Notes: generated by a model not told the origin, from the letters alone. Positions 21,664 through 33,010 are shown, counted from the first letter of the whole stretch. The stretch: DNA of 63,780 nucleotides, filler included, from Octopus bimaculoides (GCF_001194135.2; 8 parts of 8 records of this genome joined end to end with filler, not necessarily neighbours in it); one strand, 5' to 3'. A program made the numbers and translations.

Positions 21664-21989
21664 CAACAGATGACAACGTTTCTCAAAAAGAAACAGAAAC
21701 TTTCAAAATATAAAGATCTGGAAATAGAGGTAACTCGAATATGGAGCCCCAAAACAGAAACAATTCCTATTATAGCAAGCGCATTGGGTATGATAAAAAG
21801 AAAAAAACATTCAGACAAATACATAACAAAAACACCAGGACTTACAAGTATGTATAACATACAGAACATAGCACAACCAGACACCGCACACATCCTACAG
21901 CACCACAACAGGCCACAGCAGACACCCAAGGCACACAGAGCTGCGCTGAGTAGTGCAGTGAGAGCACATGATAAAAATAAGACTACTAA
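21664..21989 (+). mobile_element. 3' end of a second R4/Dong subfamily
   Basis: KLSKYKDLEIEVTRIWSPKTETIPIIASALGMIK C-terminal motif, then 3' UTR ending in (TAA)n; homologous to the minus copy at 38945-39226. Confidence 0.85.
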
Positions 21990-22028
21990 ATAATAATAAC
22001 AATAATAATAATAATAATAATAATAATA

Positions 22029-22576
22029 GCAGTACCAGGCAGTGGCTCTCATGGCTTCTGATCTTGATTGGAAGTGTTATCATGTACATTGTTTTGTCTT
22101 GGTATAAAAGATGGGCTACAGCAAATATTCTGCTCAATACTACAGATTTGCTTGTTGTTAGTTGTTTGACCTTAACCAGTTGAGCATGTCCCTTGGTGGC
22201 TGACGTTGTATGCATCTCTGATCATGAGAAAAAGTAGTGGGGGAGCATCATAGCCATGTGTTGAGAGGAATTCTTTGGGGTTTGAATAATTCACCTTCGG
22301 AAACATGGGTGTTTTGCTCAACATCCTTAAACAACCCTTATTCAGGGACCTTTTGAGCGGGATGGGCTACTCGACCTGAAGAAAATTCTAACTGGACCCC
22401 ACATGCGATGTCATGCGCTGTTTATCTTGATATGAGATCACCATGTTGCGCACATATGGTTGTGATGCATGTGCCTGGTGTACTCTTATCAGACGGGTAG
22501 TCATGATGGGTATAATGGGCTTCGTATATTTCACACCAGTGTCACTTTGATGGCATGCACTGCTCTCTCACTCAAT

Positions 22577-22577
<1 letters not shown>
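22029..22577 (+). mobile_element. Non-coding ~550-bp interspersed element between two (TAA)n tracts
   Basis: Complex sequence bounded by (TAA)n at 21990-22028 and 22579-22650; no recognisable ORF; orientation inferred from the 3' TAA tail. Confidence 0.55.
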
Positions 22578-22651
<74 letters not shown>

Positions 22652-22961
22652 TCTTTCTACTATTGTTTACCAAGTTTATTATTGAAAAGAAGTAAGCTCA
22701 ATAAACCGGGAAGAAATTACTACTCCAAAAGTAGAAAGGCTTAGTTAAGCGACCAATGAAATTCACAGTTAACAGGCAAGCTATATTTGACATATAATGG
22801 GTGTGAAGTCAGTTTCATAAAAGAAAGAATGTAATCGGTGAGATGTAGGGAGAGCTAGGGGGATAAATATTAATTCACGGTACTAAAGATGGAACTCAGG
22901 CGACAGAGCGAAAGAAGTAAAAGAGAAAAATAGATTAAAAGATATACTATTAAGCGTCACT

Positions 22962-23356
22962 ACCAAGATTTTGTTGTTGGCACTCCGTCGCTTACGACGT
23001 CGAGGGTTCCAGTTGATCCGATCAACGGAAGAGCCTGCTCGTGAAATTAACGTGCAAGCGGTTGAGCACTCCACAGACACGTGTACCCTTAACGCAGTTC
23101 TCGGGGATATTCAGCGTGACACAGTGTAACAAGGCTGGCCCTTTGAACCACAGGCACAAGAGAAACAAGAAGTAAGAGTGAGAGAAAGTTGTGGTGGAAG
23201 AGTACAGCAGGGTTCGCCACCATCCCCTGCCGGATCCTCGTGGAGCTTTAGGTGCTTTCGATCAATAAACACTCACAACGCCCGGTCTGGGAATCGAAAC
23301 CGCGATCCTATGACCGTGAATCCGCTGCCCTAACCACTGGGCCATTGCGCCTCCAC
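22962..23356 (-). mobile_element. tRNA-derived SINE family C, near full length
   Basis: Head gtggaggcgcaatggcccagtggttagg (A box) ... ggtttcgattcc (B box), followed by a long non-tRNA body. Confidence 0.8.
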
Positions 23357-23549
23357 ACTACCAAGATAAAGGAACTTGTAAAGTCCTACCAGCAGACGCT
23401 GCAATAAAAAATTAATTTGTAAAAATTTGTTAAAATATTCAAAGTATATTAAACTTATACCAAAAACAAAGAATGTATACACACTACATGGACTATCATA
23501 CAAATTCGTGTGAAAACAAGCATACACGCTACGCATATTTCATTCTTAC

Positions 23550-23765
23550 TTTATTCTTTTTACTTGCTTCAGCGATTTGACTGCGGTCATACTGAAGCAC
23601 CGCGTTAAAGGGTGTTCGTCGAAGAAATTGACCCCAGGACTTATTCTTTGTAAGCCTAGTACTTATTCTATCGGTCTCTTTCGCCGAACTGCTACGTTAC
23701 GGGGACATACACACATCAGCATCGGTTGCAAAGCGATGGTGGGGGACAAACATAGACACGCACAC
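23550..23765 (-). mobile_element. SINE family B, 3' half
   Basis: gacttattctttgtaagcctagtacttattctatcggtctct block shared with copies at 35680, 40190, 41605 and 58965. Confidence 0.85.
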
Positions 23766-23789
23766 ACCCAATATATATATATATGGGAG

Positions 23790-23903
23790 AATATACGAAA
23801 AAACAACAACAGACGAGGACAGGTGGTGTAAATAACAAAAGGATGTATTAGTATGACGCTCGGGAATACGGAAAGTCTTTGACGTTTCGAGCTACGCTCT
23901 TCA
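23790..23903 (-). mobile_element. Penelope-type terminal fragment with a partial minimal hammerhead ribozyme core
   Basis: Minus strand reads ...TGA-A-GAGC-gta-GCTC-GAAACGTC; the 5' CTGA would fall in the adjacent N gap. Confidence 0.5.
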
Positions 23904-24003
23904 NNNNNNNNNNNNNNNNNNNNNNNNNNNNNNNNNNNNNNNNNNNNTTAATTAATTAANNNNNNNNNNNNNNNNNNNNNNNNNNNNNNNNNNNNNNNNN
24001 NNN

Positions 24004-27000
24004 ACGTTCGTTCGTTCATACGTACGAACGTACGTTCCTACGTACGTTCGTTCGTTCGTTCATTCGTACATAGGTATGTATGTACGTACGTTCGTTCGTT
24101 CGTTCGTTCTTTTGTTCGGTCGTGGGTTCTTTCATTCGTACGTACGTACGTACGTTCGTTCTTTCTTTCGATCGTTCGTACAGACGTATGTACGTATGTT
24201 CGTTCGTTATTTCGTTCGTAACAACGTACGTTCGTACGTCCGTTCTTGCGTTCGTTCGTTCGATCGTAAATACGTAATAACGTAGGTACGTTCTTTCGTT
24301 CGTTCGTACGTACGTACTGACATAAGTTCATTCGTTTGTTCGTACTTTCGTACATACGTACATTCATCCGTTTGTACGTTCGCTCGTTCCCTCATTTTGT
24401 TCCTTCGTGCGTTCGTTTGTACGNNNNNNNNNNNNNNNNNNNNNNNNNNNNNNNNNNNNNNNNNNNNNNNNNNNNNNNNNNNNNNNNNNNNNNNNNNNNN
24501 NNNNNNNNNNNNNNNNNNNNNNNTACGTACTATCGTTCATTCGTACATACGTACGTTCTTTCATTCAATCATTTGTTCGTTCGTCCGTACGGACGGACAT
24601 ATGTAGAAGCTTTCGTTCGTTTATTCGTTCGTCCGTACGTACGTATGGACATACGTTCGTTCGTTCGTTCGATCATTCGTTCTTACGTACGTACGTTCGT
24701 TTATTCGTAAGTACGTACGTTCATAAGTACTTCCGGGCGTACATTCGTTCATTCGTGCGTGCGTACGTACATACGTTCGTTCTTTCATTCGTACGTACGA
24801 AAGTACGTTCGGTCGTTCGTTCGTTCGTTCCTTCGTACGTACATTTGTTCGTTTGATCATTCGTTCGTGCGTTCGTACGTACGAAAGTACGTTCGGTCGT
24901 TCGTTCGTACGTTCGTTCGTACATACGTACGTACGTACGTATATACGTTCGTTCGTTTGAACGTACGTACGTTCGTTCGTTCTTTCGTGCATTCGCACGT
25001 ACGTACGTACGTTCGTTCGTTCATACGTACGAACGTACGTTCCTACGTACGTTCGTACGTTCGTTCATTCGTACATAGGTATGTATGTACGTACGTACGT
25101 TCGTTCGTTCGTTCTTTTTTTCGGTCGTGGGTTCTTTCATTCGTACGTACGTACGTTCGTTCTTTCTTTCGATCGTTCGTACAGACGTATGTACGTACGT
25201 TCGTTCGTTATTTCGTTCGTAAAAACGTACGTTCGTATTCCGTTCTTGCGTTCGTTCGTTCGATCGTAAATACGTAATAACGTAGGTACGTTCGTAAGTT
25301 CGTTCGTACATACGTACGTATATACGTTCGTTCGTTCATACATACGAACGTACGTTTCTACGTACGTTCGTTCGTTCGTTCATTCGTACATAGGTATGTA
25401 TGTACGTACGTTCGTTCGTTCGTTCGTTCTTTTGTTCGGTCGTGGGTTCTTTCATTCGTACGTACGTACGTACGTTCGTTCTTTCTTTCGATCGTTCGTA
25501 CAGACGTATGTACGTACGTTCGTTCGTTCGTTATTTCGTTCGTAACAACGTACGTTCGTAGTCCGTTCTTGCGTTCGTTCGTTCGATCGTAAATACGTAA
25601 TAACGTAGGTACGTTCTTTCGTTCGTACGTACGTACGTACTTACGTAAGTTCATTCGTTTGTTCGTACTTTCGTACATACGTACATTCATCCGTTCGTAC
25701 GTTCGCTATTTCCCTCATTTTGTTCCTTCGTGCGTTCGTTTGTACGTACGAACTATCGTTCATTCGTACATACGTACGTTCTTTCATTCAATCATTCGTT
25801 CGTTCGTCCGTACGGACGGACGTATGTAGAAGCATTCGTTCGTTTATTCGTTCGTCCGTACGTACGTACGGACATACGTTCGTCCGTTCGATCGTTCGTT
25901 CTTACGTACGTACGTTCGTTTCCTCGCTCGTTCGTTCGTTCTTTCATTCGTACCTACGTACATACTTACGTTCGTTCGTTCCTTCATTCGTGCTTTCTTT
26001 TGTTTCTTCGATCGTTCGTTCGTTCGTTCTTTCGTACGTACGTACGTACATCCGTACGTTACGTTTGTTCGCTCGTTCTTTCGTGCCTACTTCCTTTCGT
26101 ACGTTCATTCTTTCGATCTTTCATTCGTTCGATAGTTCGTTCGTTCATTCGTACGTACGTCGTACGTTCATTTGTACGTACGTACGTTCGTTCGTTGGTT
26201 CAATCGGTCGTTCGTCCGTACGTTAGTTCGTCCGATCGTTCGTTAGTTTTTTTCGTTGGTTCAATCGTTCGTTCGTTCTTTTGTTCTTTCGTTCATTCGT
26301 TCTTTCTTTCGTTCGATCGTTCTTTCGTTCGTTCGTACGTACTTACGTACATACAAACGTACGTACGTTCGTTCGTTCGATCGGTCTTACATACGTACGT
26401 ATGTACGGACGTTCGTTCTTAAGTTCGTTCGTTTATTCGTATGTACGTACGTTCATAAGTACTTACGGACGTACATTCGTTCTTTCGTTCGTTCGTTCAT
26501 TCGTGCGTACGTACGTACGTTCGTTCTTTCATTCGTACGTACGAAAGTACGTTCGGTCGTTCGTTCGTTCGCTCGGTCGGTTGTTCGTACGTACGCATGT
26601 AGGTACTTTCGTTCTTTCGTTCGTTCATTCGTTCGTACGTACGTACGTTCGTTAGTTTTTTCGTTCGTTCGTTCGTTCGTTCCTTCGTACGTACATTTGT
26701 TCGTTCGATCATTCGTTCGTGCGTTCGTTCATACCTTCGTCTTTCCTTCGTTCGTACGTACGTCCGTTCCTTCGTTCAATTGTTCATTCGATCGCTCTTT
26801 CTTTCTTTCGTTCGATCGTTCGTTCGTTCGTACGTACTTACTTACGTACGTACATACGTACGTTTGTTCGTTCGTTCATACGTACGAACGTACGTTCCTA
26901 CGTACGTTCGTTCATTCGTTTCTTCGTTCATTCGTACATACGTACGTATGTACGTACGTTCGTTCGTTAGTTCATTCGTTCGTACATACGTACTTACATA

Positions 27001-27324
27001 CGTACGTACAAACGTACGTTCGTTTGTTCGTACGTACGTTCGTTTGTTCGTACATACGTACNNNNNNNNNNCGTAATAACGTAGGTACGTTCTTTCGTTC
27101 GTTCGTACGTACGTACGTACTGACATAAGTTCATTTGTTTGTTCGTACTTTCGTACATACGTACATTCATCCGTTCGTACGTTCGCTCGTTCCCTCATTT
27201 TGTTCCTTCGTGCGTTCGTTTGTACGTACGTACTATCGTTCATTCGTACATACGTACGTTCTTTCATGCAATCATTCGTTCGTTCGTCCGTACGGACGGA
27301 CGTATGTAGAAGCTTTCGTTCGTT
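24004..27324. repeat. ~3.3-kb complex (CGTT/CGTA)n satellite with higher-order repeats
   Basis: Marker cgtaataacgtaggtacg recurs at 24273, 25273, 25596 and 27072; block ttcggtcgtgggttctttcattcg recurs three times. Confidence 0.95.
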
Positions 27325-27424
27325 NNNNNNNNNNNNNNNNNNNNNNNNNNNNNNNNNNNNNNNNNNNNTTAATTAATTAANNNNNNNNNNNNNNNNNNNN
27401 NNNNNNNNNNNNNNNNNNNNNNNN

Positions 27425-27463
<39 letters not shown>

Positions 27464-28067
27464 TATATATATACCATCTAAGCATTCATAAGTCAGGAAA
27501 AAATGCACTCGTATATCTGTCAGTAGAGTGGGTATATTAATCAAAGTGTACAGTATATAATACTGCATATATACATCTATTATGGTCGATCTTACCAATT
27601 GGTTTCATACTAGGGGTTCGACAGAGTGTTAGGTAACAATCCAATTACACAACCCACAATTACCATCTCTGAAGAGCACAGGGTTACATAATTGGACTAT
27701 TACCTAACACTCCATCAATCCCCTAATGTGAAACCAATTGGTAAGATTGGCAGTAATGGATATATAATACTGTATTCATGTATATATNNNNNNNNNNNNN
27801 NNNNNNNNNNNNNNNNNNNNNNNNNNNNNNNNNNNNNNNNNNNNNNNNNNNNNNNNNNNNNNNNNNNNNNNNNNNNNNNNNNNNNNNNNNNNNNNNNNNN
27901 NNNNNNNNNNNNNNNNNNNNNNNNNNNNNNNNNNNNNNNNNNNNNNNNNNNNNNNNNNNNNNNNNNNNNATATATATATATATATATATATACATACTCA
28001 CATACATACATACAGAGAGAACAAGACAGAGAGAAATGCTCACATGTACAGCTAATCGAGTGTTTAG

Positions 28068-28163
28068 CTCAATAAACACTCACAATGCTCGGTCTGGGAA
28101 TCGAAACCATGATCCTCCAATGGCAAGTCCACTGCCCTAACCACTGGGCCATTGCGCCTCCAC
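28068..28163 (-). mobile_element. SINE family C, tRNA head only
   Basis: Near-identical to 23263-23356. Confidence 0.8.
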
Positions 28164-28444
28164 TATATACCTTTTAGAGTAAACTAACTTGAACTAGGTG
28201 ATAAGTGGAAAACAGTTTCACTTCTCTGGAGAAGGGATTTTGAATAAAATGAAATTACACGCACACGCTCGACACATGTGCAATACACACATATGTGCAC
28301 AAGTGTGTATATATGTGTATGTTTGTGTGTTTGTGTATGTATGTATGCATATGTGAGTGTGTGTGTGTGTGTACTGAATTAATTAGTTGATGTGGCTGTT
28401 TAACTCTGGGTCACGTTTAATTAAGCAAACCTATGATCCAGCAA

Positions 28445-28616
28445 TGGAATATTCCATATTTTATTTTCAGCCACAAACATTCCATTTTATTTTCAGAGAC
28501 ACTGTGACATTCCATTTTATTCTCAGACACAGTGTAACATTCCATTTTATTTTCAAACACATTCCATTATATTTTTGAGACATTCCATTGTTTTTTTTTT
28601 TTTTTCAAACATTCCG
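28445..28616. repeat. Short degenerate tandem array of ACATTCCATT(T)TATTTT (M-CAT-like core)
   Basis: ACATTCCA at 28477, 28507, 28537, 28559 and 28580; ACATTCCG at 28609. Confidence 0.85.
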
Positions 28617-28889
28617 CTGTTTTGAAACATAGTGTGACTAAAATCACATTATCCAATATGTTCTACCAGTCTGGAACTACTATCTTGCTCAACATATCAG
28701 TCTCTTAGAAACCTGTTCAGAAACATCATGCAACAAGATACCATACCCTGAACATCTTGCTTGCCTAGGCTTTTTATTTTTTACTTATACATATGCAAAC
28801 AGTTAAATTTATTGAACTATTCTACTTCTTAATTACATAAGTATTCCACACTAAATGCATTGATTGGTCGGTCACACACCACAAGACTC

Positions 28890-29440
28890 AGTGGAACCTA
28901 TTGAAACAAGCCAACATGCTCACAGCATTACTGCAGGCAATGGTGAGTCTAAGGTGTTGGAACAGCCAAGCACCTTCGTGGGTATCACCTGACACCTCAG
29001 TAAGGCAAGCCACCAACACTGACAAGGACTTAGCTGTCCAAATGTCTCAAATGCTACAAGCTGGAAGAAATGGTTCACCGACAAGTCCCAATACTTAAAG
29101 ATTTTGTTCTGTTTGCCTACGGAAGCAGTAATCCTCCCATTTACCACAACATCCAAGATGTGAGAGAGAGAGCAAAGAAGTCACTGACTGTGGCGTCCTG
29201 ATGGGGCACCTATTTGCAATCCAGGGACAAAGGATAAGACCATCTGGTCTCTTACCATCACTTCTGGATAATTCCACTGACTTCAGAACTGAGGGGATAT
29301 CTGCTTGAGCTAGGACCTGCTTAATGATTAGGATTAGTTTGGTGTAACGAGTGAAATGATCAGCATTTAGGTGGCAAGACAAACCACGAAAGCCTGTGGA
29401 GTCAAGGGCCTACTACAGCAACATTTCAGTCCCCAACAAA
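28890..29440 (-). mobile_element. Decayed CRE-clade non-LTR retrotransposon, knuckle/endonuclease region
   Basis: DSTGFRGLSCH...IIKQVLAQADIPSVLKSVELSRSDGKRPDGLILCPW...FFQLVAFETFG matches the 'SRSDGKRPDG..L.PW...FETFG' C-terminus typical of CRE elements. Confidence 0.75.
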
Positions 29441-30828
29441 TGTTGGATTTCACTCTGAGAATTTTATAAGATATTCCAAAGTTTCTCCATCTGAGGGTCT
29501 TTAAATGAATATGTGCACATACTTTGTTGGGTGCACTTTGTGTATACAAAGACACATATGTAAAAAGTATTGATGCATGTCCCACTATACACACATGTGC
29601 ATCTGCACAATTGCCTAAGTACTAAAGAGACACATTCACTGAGCAGACCCCTATTGTTAGCCACAAGCAGGGCATCAATCCTGTCCCCTGAGAATTGTGC
29701 ACTTATGGAAAGTAGGTGACATCTAGAAAATCAATCAGATTAATCAAAGAGAGAGTTGAATGTGTCACTTGATTGCAAATTGTCCCATCCTCTCAGATTC
29801 CATTTATCCCCATCTGTATCAAGAAGTGGCAAACCCAGCTCTCTCTACTGTAGCGTATATAAGTGAGATGTGATTCTCCAGCTGTCAAAGTGAGCAGCAC
29901 CCTCAATAAGAACTAAATGAATCATGGAAGCCTGTCTTATGCAGACATAGAAAACAGACATAAAAGGAAGATGGTTGTGATGAAGATATGCACATAGTCA
30001 CACACATACATACACATACATGCGAGCACCCCCCCCCCCCCNNNNNNNNNNCATATACACTGGGTCTAGATTTACTTTCCATCCTCCTCTCCTGGGGTCA
30101 ACACATACCAGTGATATGCAGGAATAAATCCATTAGCTGTAATGTCCTCACCACCACCAACACCAACACCAACACCACCACCAACACTTACTTATAAAAC
30201 AGGTAATGTACCCTTAAAAAAAAAAAAATCAATATTTATGTTACCAGTCAGTAATTATTTTCTGAATTCACTTAACAAAGCTTCAGACACCAAATAAAAT
30301 GAAAATGCATTTTACCCCCTTTCACTAAAGAATTTTGAAAGAATTTTTCAAGCATACAAGAAATTCCAAACAGTTGTTTTAACTCACATATATTTCATAT
30401 ATAAAACAAGGAAAAAGAAATGCTTTGGTTATTAAGCAGAAAGCTAACAACTCCAAATAAATATAGTATTAATCCTAAATAAAGATTTCCCTTAAATTAC
30501 TTTGGAAATGATTTTTTTTTTGTCCTTTTTTATTTTCTGTTATCTTAAGTTGTACTTGTGTCATTCACTTCTTGGGTTATTTTCTGTTCTGATGTTGTAG
30601 GTTTATTTCCGTTCTTAAACATACACATCACAAACCAGAAATACTTGCTCTACATTAAACAGAACACATCACAAGCAACCAAGGAAAAGTCCTGAGGGGC
30701 TAGTCAATCTGCTAGAAATAGCAGTTAAATCTGTCTCTTCCAAATTACACCATGCCATCTTACAAATGATTGATGATGATGATGATGATGATGATGACAA
30801 CCATGACAACGACGACGACACTGCTGCT

Positions 30829-30879
<51 letters not shown>

Positions 30880-30889
30880 GATGATCTGG

Positions 30890-30990
30890 TTTATTATTTT
30901 ATTATTTTCTAACTTCTTATCTGTTTGAATAGGAAAATCCCATAAAATCTTGTATTTCTCCAACTGAAGCACTCTTTCAACCTGATGGTC
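30890..30990 (-). mobile_element. R4/Dong-like endonuclease fragment
   Basis: ERVLQLEKYKILWDFPIQTDKKLENNK corresponds to KVLWNFRIQCDHEIENRKPD in the 19745 element. Confidence 0.7.
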
Positions 30991-31074
30991 ATACAAAGTA
31001 TTTCCAGTTTCAAATCCCCCCATTCCTGACAAAGCTTCTAGTGCAAAACTTTTACAACTTGGCAGCTCCGTTGT

Positions 31075-31648
31075 GTGACTTTTAGAGGCCCCCTGCAACT
31101 TTTTGTTTTGAAGACCCATCCCTTCAATCAAAATTCATAATAGCTATATTTTACTTTATTCCATCTGAAGTTCAATATTTCACAATATCCCGAAGAACAT
31201 CTTTAAAAATACAACAAGTTAAATTTATTTAGGTCTATTACAAATTTCAATAAATAAGACTTCCAGATATGAATATAAGAACACTTTTATCATCCGGGCA
31301 ACTTTCAAAGAGAGACGCGATGCATTTTTCGCTTTGCGAAATCATTGATCAATTCAGAATAATCAAGCTGAGAGCTAAGTTCATGTTCAATTGATGTCAT
31401 AGACAATCCACAAAGTCTGGTATACATTCGTGGTACAATGTAATATTTTTACAAGAACTTTTGCAGGTACAATGTATTACCATTTTATTTCTTGAAATTT
31501 TCAGTTGATAGATAGTTTAATTCTTGTTCAACATCTTAACCAAAGTAAATAGATGACTCATCTACATACTTTGATCTTAACATGGGACCCCTCAACCACG
31601 GAGGCCCCCTGCAACCACAGGGATTGCAGGGGCTTAGCGACAGCCCTG
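31075..31648 (-). mobile_element. Internally deleted hAT transposon remnant
   Basis: Minus translation RLCGLSMTSIEHELSSQLDYSELINDFAKRKMHR resembles the hAT transposase C-terminus; GC-rich gaggccccctgcaac sub-terminal motif at both ends; CAGGGCTGTCGCTAAG-type terminus at 31648. Confidence 0.65.
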
Positions 31649-31784
31649 CAACTTGGTAATGCCTCCATTCCTTACATTCTCCTTGTGCCAACTCAGGATA
31701 TTCTGCAACAATGTTTGTACCATTGTTTCATCCCAAATTCCACACACTCCACATTTTGCTGACATTTTCTCTCCAAATACATAT

Positions 31785-31990
31785 TTTCTCAATATGATGT
31801 AAATAAAGAAGTTGAGAAATTTAAAAAATGCAATCCTTTAAAATTTGAGATTGTGAAAATCTGGAATATGAAAACTGTAAAGGTTGTGTCTATAGTAATT
31901 GATGCATTAGGAACTGTGAATAACGATATAGATAAATGATTGAAGGAGACTGGAATGGAATGTTCTGTAGAGCCTCTACAGACAGTTGTG
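31785..31990 (+). mobile_element. R4/Dong-like C-terminal fragment
   Basis: KEVEKFKKCNPLKFEIVKIWNMKTVKVVSIVIDALGTV...EPLQTVV. Confidence 0.7.
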
Positions 31991-32320
31991 TGCTTGAAAA
32001 ATTCTTTCAAAATTCTTTAGTAAAAGGGGAAAAAATGCATTTTCATTTTATTTGGGGTCTGAAGCCTTGTTAAAAGAGTTCAGAAAATAATTACTGACTG
32101 ATAACATAAATATTGATTTTTTTTAAAGGGTATATTACCTGTTTTATAAGTGGTGTTCTGTGTCTGTGTGTCTTTGTGTTTGTGTTTCTCCATTCCCTAC
32201 AATTTGACAACCAATGTTGATTTGTTTAAATCTCCGTAACTTAGCAGTTTGGCACAAGAGACTGATAAAATAAATATCAGACTTTAAAAAAGCAGTGTTT
32301 TGAAAGGTTTCAGCTTAACA

Positions 32321-32357
<37 letters not shown>

Positions 32358-32724
32358 CTATTTCTTGTGAGTCAAACAATAGTGAAGAGGCTCTCTTGTT
32401 GGCTCATATCTCATTTGGTGTTAGATGAAGGTGGCTTCAATAATTCCAAAATTGGGAGACTCAGAGTCACTGATGTTTGTTGGCTGAGTGTCAAGTATTA
32501 ACAATACATATTTGGTTGTTTGATTGATGAGGGAAGGCAGTGTTTATGATACACATTCCAGTTTTCCGTAATATAGGGAAACATCAGGAATATAATTATT
32601 AAAGGTGGTGAGAATAAGTGATGTGATACAGAGGCTTGGACTGGATGAGTGGGCGAGATAGAGGTGACTGTGGAAAATGATGGAGTGAAAAATGATTTGT
32701 ACACACAAGATATACTGCGTGTAT

Positions 32725-32963
32725 GTGTGTTATTTCTTTACTACCCACAAGGGGCTACACACAGAAGGGACAAACAAGGACAGACAAACGGATTAAGTCG
32801 ATTATATCAACCCCAGTACGTTACTGGTACTTGTTTAATCGACCCCGAAAGGATGAAAGGCAAAGTCGACCATGGCGGAATTTGAACTCAGAACATAGCG
32901 GCAGACGAAATACCGCAAAGCATTTCGCCCGGCGTGCTAACATTTCTGCTAGCTCGCCACCTT
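32725..32963 (-). mobile_element. SINE family A (variant tail)
   Basis: Homologous to 5735-5947. Confidence 0.85.
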
Positions 32964-32974
32964 CTGCGTGTATA

Positions 32975-33010
<36 letters not shown>

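Larger units (their letters stand above)
30190..32151. repeat. ~170-bp inverted repeat pair (30190-30359 / 31986-32151) enclosing ~1.6 kb
   Basis: acttataaaacaggtaat(g/a)taccc...gaattttgaaagaatttttcaagca reads as the reverse complement at the other end, with a few substitutions. Confidence 0.9.

Noticed and set aside
23263-23356. tRNA-like sequences (also 28068-28163 and the heads of families A and B)
   Set aside because: A/B boxes are present but run into SINE bodies with no intact cloverleaf; these are SINE heads, not tRNA genes.
24004-27324. Possible CRISPR-like repeat/spacer array
   Set aside because: No constant repeat with unique spacers, no cas genes, and a eukaryotic context; it is a tetranucleotide-derived satellite.
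32420-32700. Minus-strand NWNVYHKHCLPSS, reminiscent of an APE endonuclease DFNVHH..W motif
   Set aside because: Catalytic residues are not conserved; the similarity is too faint to call.
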